Shown piece after piece: positions 21,777 to 33,699 of a stretch of DNA of 64,000 bases. This stretch comes from the human T2T-CHM13v2.0 reference genome, Homo sapiens. The position numbers were made by a program, and so were the translations under genes. The stretch lies in assembly GCF_009914755.1 (NCBI RefSeq), contig NC_060936.1. One strand, 5' to 3'. How positions within the stretch are numbered: the first letter of the stretch is position 1; each line of letters opens with the position of its first letter. Under the pieces are notes generated by a model. It saw only the letters and a list, made by a program, of their open reading frames with translations. It ran no database searches and was not told where the DNA came from.

Positions 21777-22573
21777 TATCTCTATTTCACAACTGAGGAA
21801 ACTGAAACTCAGCGAAGTGCATCACTTGCCCAAGGCCACACAGTGGGTAAATGGGACTAGGCATGGGATGCAGGCAGCCTGTCTTAGATCCCACGCTCGG
21901 ATCCCATACCCTGCCTCCAGGGTCTCAGACTTTACGTTTTACTGAAAAGACAGCCTAATTCATGAGCAGCTGGATCTCAGAAAGGGAGCCAAGCTCCTTG
22001 GTACAAAGATGGCCCAACCATGAATGGTATCTGAAGGGCTCAATAACAGGAGCCAGCCGGGTATCTTCTTCACCCTCTGGGGTGACCAAAGACACGAAGG
22101 ACTGAGAGAAGGCCTTTAGAGGCCTCCCCCAAAATTTAATCCGTTTTTGTGATTGTTTCTCCTGGACTAGACTGCCTTGAGGATAAAATAAACATGAGCG
22201 CCTGGTGGCAGTGCAATACCTGAGTGGTACGTGGGCTCTGCAGGCCAACTGCCTGGAGGGAGGAAGCCCCATCACCACTACTTGTGTTTCTGTTCCCCAT
22301 TTGCACCACACCCCTCCTTTGAGGGTAACTGAAGCCTCTGAGTTGTCAAGATCCTTAAAAGATGACAGTTTGAGAGAGAGAATAGTAGAATTAGAAACCC
22401 CAAGAGGCCAGGTGTGGTGGCTCACACCTGTAATCCCAGCACTTTGGGAGGCCGCGGACCCCGAGGTCAGGAGATCGAGATCATCCTGGCCAACATGGTG
22501 AAACTCGGTCTCTAATAAAAATAAAAAAAACTAGTTGGGTGTGGTGGCGCGCGCCTGTAGTCCCAGCTACTCA

Positions 22574-22804
<231 letters not shown>

Positions 22805-23034
22805 TTACCCCCATGGGGTCTGAATTTGGGGCCTGGGAAGGAATTTGGGTGCATTTAGATCCACCACTGATAGTCTCTATTTTGGCACCCTGTTTTGTTC
22901 CCGTATAGCACTTACCACTGTTCTAACTAAACAATTAATTTCATTATGGGTTGTGCAAAGTCTATGATTCTCATGCGGGACCCCAGGTGTGTTTTTTGTT
23001 CATGTAGCACAAAGCTCATTGCCTAAGTAGTAGG

Positions 23035-23185
23035 TAGGATTGGTAGATAAAATACAAGAAGTCCAGTTGTTTAAATTTTAATAAACAATGCATTTTTTTT
23101 TTAGTATAAGTGGGTCCCATTTGCTTATCTGAAATTCAAATATAACTGGGCTTCTCCTATTTTATCTGCCAAATCTGACAACCCT
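23035..23185. mobile_element. MER53-like palindromic hAT MITE
   Basis: 'agataaaatacaagaagtccagtt' ... 'tatctgaaattcaaatataactgggc...ttttatctgcc...aaccct' inverted ends. Confidence 0.7.
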
Positions 23186-24335
23186 GGTAGCAGGGACTTG
23201 ATACATTTTTTTCCTTTTAGGGAGAATTTCTAAATCGACCAGTATTTATGGAAAATGCATAAGCGTTTTTTTGTTTTTTTTGTTTTTTTTGTTTTTGCCT
23301 TGACTCTGCCCTACACTTGCGGTGCGACCCTTTGGCAAAATTCAGTCCCTTTCTATGCCTCAGTTTCCCCATCGGAAAAATGGGAGTTTGAACAGCGACC
23401 GAAGCGCAGGGATCGCCAGTGTGGGAGAGCGCCAGGTGAACTGTGAAGGAGCAGGGAGGGAGTTCGGGCCGTGCCCGTGCGGGACAACCCCGGTCTCCAC
23501 TCTGGGCACCGCCGGCGGCGACTCCCGCCAGCGCCTAGGGTGCCTCGGTCCCGCCCCTACGCAGCGGAGGCCGGCCAGAGGCCGTCGCCATGGAGACGCG
23601 AGCAGCCTGGCACCCACTCGCTCTCAAAGCCACGCGTTTCCGCTGCGTTGGAGCCTTCTCATTGGACGGCCGTCTGGACGCTACCACCCGCCCCGAGCCC
23701 GCTAAGGGGAGGGGGCGGGGCCTTATTCTCATGGGATTCGTTCCCTGGAGACCTGTGTCCGCGGCCTCTCTGGGAAAGCATGGGTCCTCTCCCTCACGCG
23801 GGGAAAAGGACTGCGTCTCTTAGGTCTGGAGAGTGTCCATTGCTTCTCCTACTAGAATTTATGCTCATGCTGCTCCCTGAGAAAAGAAGAGGGGGCGGGA
23901 AAGTCGGCCACGCCCCCTCCAGAGCCTATTTGGTCTCAGGAGCTAGAGCACCGGAAGTGCTGGCGACATGTCAGTGCGCCCTACCCTAAACCTTCCCCCC
24001 CCAGGCCACCTTTCCCATTCAGCTGTGGGATTCCGGGGCCGCCTGGGCGCTGCACCCGCCACTTCCGCATCGAACCGCCGCTTCAACCGAACTCACTCCC
24101 TCTGCGCGCGCTCCATCTGGTGCCCGACTGCTGGGCCGGCGCCTGGGAGAAGCCACGCCCTTTCCCGCGCCTGACAGCCAATGAGCGGGCGCCTCCCGGC
24201 GGGGTGGTGGGTAATTAATGAGGGCCGGGCGCTGATTGGCTGCAGCGTCGTGGTCGGGGGCAGGGCGGCGGGGTAGGTTGTTCCTGAGGTGGGAGGCGGT
24301 ACCCGTGGCTGAGAAGAAGGAGGCCTGAGAGCGAC

Positions 24336-24383
24336 ATGTCCCCGGCGGCTCAGGCGGAGCGGCCCGTGGCGCTGTTTTTCTGA
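24336..24383 (+). other. Upstream ORF in MLEC 5' leader (MSPAAQAERPVALFF*)
   Basis: gacATGt start with purine at -3, TGA at 24381-24383, 117 nt upstream of the main ATG. Translation is not shown by the sequence. Confidence 0.55.
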
Positions 24384-24452
24384 GTCCGGGGTGGCCTGGC
24401 AGCCGGCCGAGGACGAGGGTCGGCGGGGGCTGCCCCCGTGGTGGTGGCCGCC

Positions 24453-24687
24453 ATGCTGGGAGCCTGGGCGGTTGAGGGAACCGCTGTGGCGCTCCTGCGA
24501 CTGCTGCTGCTGCTGCTGCCGCCGGCGATCCGGGGACCCGGGCTCGGCGTGGCCGGCGTGGCCGGCGCGGCGGGGGCCGGGCTGCCCGAGAGCGTCATTT
24601 GGGCGGTCAACGCGGGTGGAGAGGCGCATGTGGACGTGCACGGGATCCACTTCCGCAAGGACCCTTTGGAAGGCCGGGTGGGCCGAG
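24453..24687 (+). CDS. MLEC: Malectin exon 1 (signal peptide and start of lectin domain)
   Basis: gccgccATG Kozak; [24 protein letters not shown]...[33 protein letters not shown]; donor G|gtgaga; 235 nt. Confidence 0.97.
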
Positions 24688-25454
24688 GTGAGAGTCCCCC
24701 TGCCGAGCCGCGGGATCCAGGGCCTGCTGTGCTGGGCGCAGCCGGCCGGGGGCTGCGGGCCCCGAGCCCCTTTCGACCCTGGGGCCGCGTCTCTGGAGCG
24801 AAGTTTCTCTCTGCAGCTTCTTCGGGGGCCCGCTCTGAGCTCAGGGCCTGGCACTGGCTCCAAGGTACCTAGAGTCATACAGGCAGAGAGTTGGCCAGAA
24901 GTTAGTTATATTTGGATTTCTCATCCTGCATTTTCTCAACCCCTCACTCCCATCCAAGCTGGGAGAGAAATGACGAAGGCGGCCTTTTGCTACCTCCAGG
25001 CCTCGCGGGTTGTAGGTCATGGGTGCCCCTGCTTCTCCTGTCGAGACAGTTCTTGGGAGATTCTCGTCGACCCAGGAATCGGCCGCTTTCCTTGCCCCTT
25101 CTGCAGGAGCGGGGCTTGATTCTTAGCCAGAATAGGAAGGAATCTTCGAAGAGAATGGGCCAGGAAAGTTTGATTGTAGCCTCCTCCCCCGCCCTCTTTT
25201 CGAGCGAAGAATATGTGTGCTTAAAAGTAGAATCGGCAGGCCGCCCCCAGAGGGTGGTTCTATCGAAGCCATCCTGCACGTGAGGCTGGTGGCTGTGTGT
25301 GAACTGGGTCAACCAGTGTAAGAATCCGAATGGTCTATCAGAGAATGCTTACAACCTCCCCTAGGTGATCCTGAGAGTTCTAATTCCAGCTTAGGGGGAA
25401 AATGATTGTGACTTAACTTGCTGGGCAACAGTGGTTTTTAACGGAGCTGCTCCC

Positions 25455-25630
25455 TTCCCAAAGTTAGTGTGTGTCAGAATTGCCAGGGCAGCTGGTTAAA
25501 AATGCAGATTCCTAGTCCCCACTCGAAATTGATTATAGTAGATTGAGCTTTTTTGCTGGGATCCAGGTTTCTGCACCAGGGGCTTGTGATGTAGGTTGCC
25601 CCGAGACCACCGTTTTGGAAGATCAGCTTT
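25455..25630. mobile_element. MER5-like relic in MLEC intron 1
   Basis: 'cagaattgccagggcagctggttaaaaatgcagattcctag' resembles MER5. Confidence 0.55.
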
Positions 25631-26360
25631 ATAATCTTTGTTTCTTCTGTTGGAGGGATTGGAAAACAGGTTTCAGAAGGAAGTTCTTTGCTAGGAGATT
25701 GATACTGTATGCTGGGTTCAGAGGCTACCAAATTGGCAGTATGCCACCTCCAGACAACCAGGAGACAGACTCACTCTTCACTTTCTCTCACTCTTTTTCT
25801 GCGATGCCCAGATTTGGCTCTTGCTTTTACTAAAATAGTTAGTTCTTCCCAAGTCGATTGCAGTGTCCTGGAGTTTGTTATATTAAGGAGTTTATTGCCT
25901 TTCACACATGTGAGGGTCTTGGGACACAGGGCTGTTTTGTGAAGTTCTATGTTTGTCTTGGAGTTTGTTGAGCCCTGGCATGTAGATCACAGTAGCCTGG
26001 GTTCAGCTGACTCAGGGCTCCAGTCTTTAGCAGCGGTAACAGCAGCCAAAGCCAGACTTTATAGCAGGAGGTCATTACTATCTCTATCCTGGACCCTTCC
26101 TCTTTCTTCACGAGTGTGGGCAGGGAGGAAAGAGCCCTTGAGGAAACTAGACAGTTTGTGGACTTTGCCTCTTGAGATAGCGGTGGTGAGGGTGCTGAGC
26201 GGATGGTTTCTTTCACTTAGCAGATACCAGGCCTTACATTGGTTACATCGTCCTATTCAGTCTGTTGTGCAGAGAATAAAGCCGAGTAAGACCACACAGG
26301 TTTAGTTCCCAGATACTGCCCTTATTCAGAAATTCTGGTTTTAATTTGCTGATGCAGGTG

Positions 26361-26388
26361 GTGTGTGTGTGTGTGTGTGTGTGTGTGT
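26361..26388. repeat. (GT)n microsatellite
   Basis: Read directly. Confidence 0.95.
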
Positions 26389-27304
26389 TTCTTTGGCTTG
26401 GTCAGCAGTCAGCCAAGATCTGTGTCCTTGGGTTATTGGCTCATGGTTGCAGTTCCTTGGAAGGAGTTTATTGTAGCAGGTAAAATTACATGAGACCTAC
26501 CAAAGCTTGTGTGTACTGGAGTCCTATTTCGGACACTGGCCCTTGGGGCATTGTATAAATGAAGGTTCCCTGCTAAGGTTCCCCTCTCCATTCTACCAAT
26601 CTGGGTAAGAATTGGAGCAGTATTAAGGCATGGATGGGGAGTGGGAGGTGGCGCTTGTCAGCTGCAGTTTGGACCAGCTTGTTGCAACATTGCGCTTGCC
26701 AGGTTCCTGAGAAAGGCATTTTGCTGGCTTTAGGTCGGGCTGAGATGCGCATAAGCTTGCACTCTCAGGAGGCAGCTCTCTACTAAGGAGTCAGTCCTAC
26801 CAAGGGAAGTCCAGCTGTTCACACTGCCTTTCTTCTGGGCCTGTTTGGATAAGGGTGTGCCAGGTATTTGAAGACCCTTGCCTCGTGCAGCTATTTACAC
26901 TGATTGCAGTAGGAACTGTATGCCTTATTTCTTTTCCCGCCTGCCTGTGATATTGTTTCCAGCATGCTGAGAAAAGTTGATTTTATGTTGAATGAATTCA
27001 GGTATTTGTTACCAAGTTAGTCCAGATAAGGGTTTGGCCTTCTTTTGAACTTGCTGTTTCTGTGTAGTTTCTTTGTAGTTCAACATTCTTGTAATTGTGA
27101 GTGGCCCAGGGCACCTAGTGGTTTATGCTTTCAAAAGCAGTTCAGAATATTTATTGAATTTCATTTCTGCCTTGAGGATAGCTAGTGCTTACAGCCTGGG
27201 AAAGGCTTTTTCAGCCTGTGTGCTTCCACAGATGGGAGCACCACTACAGAAAGTGGTTTAGAAGCGTTCACCTTGGGGTTTTGGTATGAGGCACATTCCA
27301 GGGT

Positions 27305-27465
<161 letters not shown>

Positions 27466-29031
27466 TGTTCCAGATTTGTAACTTGGTCATTTTGAGTTCC
27501 TCTTCACTCTGACTAGGAAAAGACCTGGTTATTTGACCTGAGGGCACAGAATTTTGCTTGAGTTTAGGGAAGGCTATTTCCTCTTCAGAGAAAGATACCT
27601 GCTAAAGTCGCAGGTCCTCGAGAAACTTGCTTTACGTCTCTGAGCCTTGTTTTCCTTTTCAAAAAATCTCTCATGCTTTAGAAATTTCTGATAAGACTGT
27701 AAACTCTCCTGTCCAGAGTAGCTTGAAGTGTCTCTGTCACTTTTTTTTTCCTTGATGACCTTTTACATGGAATTAAAAATAGGGCAGAACATAGCTCCAG
27801 AGGGGAAAAAAGTTGGTTGGGGACCAGAGCCTATCAGGTTGCTAATGCTGTAACCTTAAGGAATACCCTTTCCTGGGCTGCCTTCCTTTCACCTGGGGAA
27901 GGATTTGGCTTTGGGGAGGTAAGAGCTTGAAACATGGGATGAGAGAGGAGTCACTGCTACCTCTGATTTGCTCAAAGCCATGGGAGTTGTTTAGAATTCT
28001 CTACCTCTACTGTCACCTAACAGGCAGGCTTCATCTGCAGGCCTTCCAAGTAGTGGAAGTTCACAGGTAGAAAATTTAGGTCCCTGAATCCGTGGGTTCG
28101 CTGTCTCAGCCCATTCAGAACAATTCTTTAGGTACTGGCCTCACTGGAGAAAGAAGTGATCCAGAAGAACAGTCTAGTGACCAGGAGATCTGAGGGTAGG
28201 GTGGGAGTGACGCTAGAGCACCAAGGGGGGCTCTACAGCTGTGTTCTCATGGAGGACAGGCTTCTGCTCATTCTGGTTTTCCCACTCTTGTGGTTCCCAG
28301 TTGCAGTTTTCCAGTTAGTTTTATTACTTCCTTTTCTTTTGATCCATTCCCTAAACTGCCTTGAGTGGAGGCATTTGTTTAGTGCTTATCGTGTGCATAT
28401 CCTTGCCTGGCTAGCATACCCATGTTTCTGTGTCTCTCTCCGTGTGAGGCATTGTATTGAGCTATTTATACAGATTGTTTTATCCTTACCACAATGCTGT
28501 GGGATAGGTGGTGTCCCCATTTTATAGGTGAGAAAACAGACCTAGAGAAAACAACTTGTTCAGTGACACTTCGTGTATGTCTTTTCCTGAACCCTGTGCT
28601 GAATTTTCCAAGGAGCCTAGTTACTACATTGTCTAAAACTAAGAAAGAGCAGACATAATGTAGGCCCTTCGGCCCCCTTCCTTTTTGGTTAACTGAGTTA
28701 TGCCAATTTCAGCAGTATGCTGACTGTACACTTCATTGTATTTTAGAGAAATCTGTTTCGCTGTGAATGCATAAAGGCTAAGGAGGGAGGAACAACCCTT
28801 GTTTGCTGCTGCATCTCTTGGGACTTGGGCAAATTCAACTTTGCACGTGGCAGATCTCTTGGGAAAGCCACTTGGGTTTTAAAGGGAAATATTTTAAAGG
28901 TAATTCCAAGGTTGTTAAGTAATTTTTGTTCACATGGTTGAGTTTTCTTCACTGTGGGACTGAGACTGCCGCAGATTACGTTACTGTCAGTTCCTCACTT
29001 TTTCCACTTGGCAAGAAAAAAAAAAAGATTC

Positions 29032-29451
<420 letters not shown>

Positions 29452-31244
29452 TCAGTTGGAAGAGAAACAGCAGTCTTTCAGTCTTCATAGGTTTGTATCC
29501 CGGGGCAATGGTTTTTTGAGGCTGGAAAGGAGGGGGAGCATGTTAGCAGTACATCCTTTGTATGCATTGCTCAGCTACTCTTTGATTTCTTGAGGAGAAA
29601 TAGAAAGAAAAAAGTCTGAAGACAAAAGTGCAATGAGTTTCCTCTTCCATTGTCTCATCAGTCCCTCTGATCTCGTGGCTAATGTCACTTACAGGAACTG
29701 TTAACAGTTATGTTTATTTTTTTGAGGTCTTGACCTCAACCACTGGGTCTTTTTGTTAATCTTTTACCTTTTGCCATGTCTTCTCCCTTGTTGATGATTC
29801 AGAAGATAAAGCTCTGGGGATGACAGCCCCTGGCCTTCTCCCAAAGGATCTAGTTGCCAGATGTCTTCAGGGTCACCACGTGAGATTGGAAGGCAGTCTT
29901 GAAATCTTAATTTCATGCGGGAGGAGAGACTACATGACGGCTACATCTGTAGTTGGAACAGTATATTTATGGAGCACTGGAAAGCCTTACTGTGTTTATA
30001 GGATAAAGGAGTCAGGCTACTCTCTGGAGGAAGCAGAACTATTTACCTCTGAGACTGAAATGTGATATCTTATATTTGCACAAAAAAGATTCGGCCTGGC
30101 GCGGTGGCTCACGCCTGTAATCCTAGCACTTTGGGAGGCCGATGCGGGTGGATCACCTGCGGTCAGGAGTTTAGTGTGTTGTGCGAGAGGAAGAAAAAAA
30201 CATATATACAACTGTCTTACACCAAGGTTGGGAGAGGGCCAGGGCCAAGAGAGGTTTTCTGCTCTTCTGATACTGACCCGAGGTAAGTAACTTTTTACTT
30301 TTATCCTCTCTCATTCCTTGTCAGTTTGTGAAATGTGAAAGGTGATTCCCCTAGGACTTGGACATCTTAGGCAGATTGCCTTGCCCTGCAGGATGCTCCA
30401 GCCTTGTGGACAGAGTGGCATGGCTTCACTGCTTTGCAGGCACCTCCTTCATTGTCATTTATTCATTCAGCAAACTGTATGAGTGGCGACTATGTGCCAG
30501 GTCCCGTGCTAGGCACTGGAGGTGCAGTGGTGACTTTTTTTTTCTGCTGTTGGTTTATCTGAGTGAATGTTCAAGTAAGTAGGTGAGGTGGAGTTTTGTG
30601 AGTCTGTGGGAAGGAAGGAAATTAGCATCACACCTTTCTTTTATGAGCCTGTTTTTGTTTACAGCTTTGGAACTTTTTGAATGAAAATTATAAAAAAAAC
30701 ACACAACAACTAAAGCTGGAATTTTATTCGTAAGGACAATGAAGAATGACTTTCCAAAGCAGATATCCTGTTTGTTTTAGACTCTGGGCTTTTCTGAATG
30801 AGAGAAAACATTCTTTGAACTTCATCTTGTATGGAGTTCCTGGCCATCCCCCTTGTTTTAGGAGGTTTCTCTGAAGCCCTCCCTCTTGGGGAACCAGGCA
30901 GCTGCAACACAGCACTTTCTTCTGGTAATGAGTTAGACTTGTTCTCCGTACAGTCAGGGGGAAAAAGTCATTTTAATGTGCTTTTAGAAAGTTCCGCTCT
31001 GAGGTTTACAGGGGCTGTTGGCCTGATTAGTGTTTAGTTTCTTTCATTTTACTCTTCCATAGTAATGGCTGTATGATTCCTGCCTTTGTTGGAGCTCTGT
31101 TTGGAGCCAGGTGCAGAGTGGGTGGCCCCTTTTATGGAGAGGGTTATTAGCATTGCCCTGGAAATGCCTCTGGCTGTTCTGGGGTCTTTGCTTTTCTTTT
31201 GTGTCTTGCCTCTGATGTGCTTTCTCTTTGTCTTTTGTCCTTAG

Positions 31245-31423
31245 CCTCAGACTATGGCATGAAACTGCCAATCCTGCGTTCCAACCCTGAGGACCAGATC
31301 CTGTATCAAACTGAGCGGTACAATGAGGAGACCTTTGGCTACGAAGTGCCCATCAAAGAGGAGGGGGACTACGTGCTGGTCTTGAAATTTGCAGAGGTCT
31401 ACTTTGCACAGTCCCAGCAAAAG
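31245..31423 (+). CDS. MLEC: Malectin exon 2
   Basis: ttag| acceptor; [60 protein letters not shown]; |gtgagg; 179 nt. Confidence 0.97.
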
Positions 31424-31977
31424 GTGAGGCCTAGTCAGGCTGCTGCTTGATCAGTAGGACATTGCTGCTCTTGGACAATCCACGATTATGGGGCTAGAGA
31501 GTGTGAGAGTCTCTCCAGAAAGGCAGAACAGATGAGCTCTAGAGAAGCATGTTCCATAGTGCACAAGGCTGCACTTGCCTTGGGGGTGAGTGACAGAAAG
31601 CAATGCCAGAATCCTTGTTTTGCCAACTAACTGATCCTGTTAAGGCCCTCCTGGCTACTTCCCTCCATGGTTTGCCGCACCTTCTTGTTTTTAGCCTTAT
31701 TTTTCCTCTGTCCCTTCCTGTGAATTTCCTTCTTCCTATGCTAAGCTTTTTGTTTGTATTCTTTGTTCCTTAAAGCCAATATAAGAACTCCTGGGCAGTG
31801 AAGGAACACGGCTTTGATTTGACCCGGGTTAAGGATGCTAACCACCCTGGATATCCAGACCCATCATTTCTTAAATTATTTTTGAACTTCAAGCCCAAAC
31901 ACGTGCATGATGTCCAACTGCTTGAAAGGATGTAAAGCTGATGGTTTTGACATTGTTTTCTTTTCTTATCCTGGAAG

Positions 31978-32154
31978 GTATTTGATGTACGATTGAATGG
32001 CCACGTCGTGGTGAAGGACTTGGATATCTTTGATCGTGTTGGGCATAGCACAGCTCACGATGAAATTATACCTATGAGCATCAGAAAGGGGAAGCTGAGT
32101 GTCCAGGGGGAGGTGTCCACCTTCACAGGGAAACTCTACATTGAGTTTGTCAAG
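31978..32154 (+). CDS. MLEC: Malectin exon 3
   Basis: gaag| acceptor; [59 protein letters not shown]; |gtaatt; 177 nt. Confidence 0.97.
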
Positions 32155-32248
32155 GTAATTCCCCTATTCTGCCCATTGCTGAAGAGAGTGGGTACAGGGG
32201 AAGTTGTTTGCTGCTGTGTGGGGTTGACCACTGTTTCCCTTTTCCTAG

Positions 32249-32306
32249 GGGTACTATGACAATCCCAAGGTCTGTGCACTCTACATCATGGCTGGGACAG
32301 TGGATG
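32249..32306 (+). CDS. MLEC: Malectin exon 4
   Basis: cctag| acceptor; [19 protein letters not shown]; |gtaggt; 58 nt. Confidence 0.95.
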
Positions 32307-33469
32307 GTAGGTTGTGTTCTGACCTGCTTTTTTGACTTGAGTGGAGGGATATGGTTGAGGAAGCCCTTGGGAGGTAATTGAGCTGATCACTATTTTGGAA
32401 ACACTTAAAGCTAAATTGTAGGGGATTCAGAATCAGTTGGATAAGGATGAAGCATAACATGGTACTAGCCACAAGCTTTGGAGTCAGGTCTATGTATATC
32501 TTGTTGCTGCCATTTAATCAGATGTTTGTCTTGGATGGATGCTTTTAATTTCCCTATAAATTGGGATTAATAATGGTACCTATTGGTGTACCCTGACCTT
32601 TGTAGTCATTTGGGATCACCTAAAACTTGTCCTTATTCTGTTTGTTTGACATCTCTTTCCTAGGGGAAAAAAAGGTAAAAGGAGGAGTCCTGTAGGCTTT
32701 TGGTATGCTCTGAAAGATTCCAGCATTGCTGGACTGCACTGGGACAAAACTTCACTTATTTATGTCTCCTTATCCTTGGGATCAAGTCTTAGAGTATATT
32801 TCTTTCTCAGGGTTTAGATTCTCCTGGCTGCCAGCATCTCAGGCTGATTTTTGCAGAGAAAGCTGCGTCTTTGTGACATTTCTCCCCCATTCCACCTCTG
32901 TACCTTTCCCCAACTCAATCTTGAATGCACTGAGGATTTCATCCTGTTGTCTTGATGTCCCCCAAATGCTGATATTATGACATCTAGGAGGATGAATGTC
33001 TTACCACCAAACAGACCTGTGTTCAAGTCCCTGAGGAGGAGGCAGGACAGAGGGATAGTGTGTGCTGGGAACCCAGAACTCTCTGGGTCAACGTTTCTTC
33101 AGTTGTTGTGTGAATCAAAAGGGAATGTGGGCTTGTGGGAGGAGGAGGGATTTGAAAAGGCTAAAGTTTAGGCATTGGATCATTGTCCCTGTCCAGTCTG
33201 GTTATCTTGGGGCTCTGTAAAAGTAGAACAGGAAGGTAAGATAGTGAACCTCCCTATGAGCACGGCTTTTTCTACTTTCTAGTTAAATCTAAAGCTTTTG
33301 CAGCACTCTGCTGTTCTGTAGACCAGAGGCTATTTCTGCTACTTCTGGTCTTTTCTCTGGACCCGGGTTCAATCACAGCAATCTCTTTATTGTGGCTTAT
33401 TTGCTGCTTTTAAGGGTCTCTCTTACTTAAATGCTGTGGGTCTTAACAGTGTTTTCTTCCTTGTGTTAG

Positions 33470-33699
33470 ATGTACCAAAGCTTCAGCCTCATCCGGGATT
33501 GGAGAAGAAAGAAGAGGAAGAAGAAGAAGAAGAATATGATGAAGGGTCTAATCTCAAAAAACAGACCAATAAGAACCGGGTGCAGTCAGGCCCCCGCACA
33601 CCCAACCCCTATGCCTCGGACAACAGCAGCCTCATGTTTCCCATCCTGGTGGCCTTCGGAGTCTTCATTCCAACCCTCTTCTGCCTCTGCCGGTTGTGA
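33470..33699 (+). CDS. MLEC: Malectin exon 5 CDS (poly-Glu linker, C-terminal transmembrane anchor)
   Basis: ttag| acceptor; [26 protein letters not shown]...[26 protein letters not shown]. Exon total 235+179+177+58+230=879 nt = 292 aa, the known malectin length. Confidence 0.97.

Larger units (their letters stand above)
23380..24860 (+). promoter_or_regulatory. MLEC: MLEC CpG-island promoter
   Basis: High CpG/GC content. CCAAT at 24178-24182, ATTGG at 23661 and 24235, GC box ~23711, ETS motif ccggaagt 23951-23958, X-box-like GTCGCCATGGAGAC 23584-23597. Confidence 0.85.

Noticed and set aside
24235-24253. ATTGG-N9-CGTGG in the MLEC promoter as an ERSE
   Set aside because: The half-sites are in the wrong order; a minus-strand ERSE would read CGTGG-N9-ATTGG. 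The CCAAT at 24178 is followed after N9 by CCTCC, not CCACG.
24093-25119. 261-aa minus-strand and 242-aa plus-strand ORFs at MLEC exon 1
   Set aside because: Stop-poor GC-rich CpG island; low-complexity P/R/G/A peptides with no recognisable domain.
28156-28527. Hydrophobic 123-aa intronic ORF
   Set aside because: GTG start, T-rich composition explains the hydrophobicity, the 3' half overlaps a MIR-like relic, and there is no recognisable homology.
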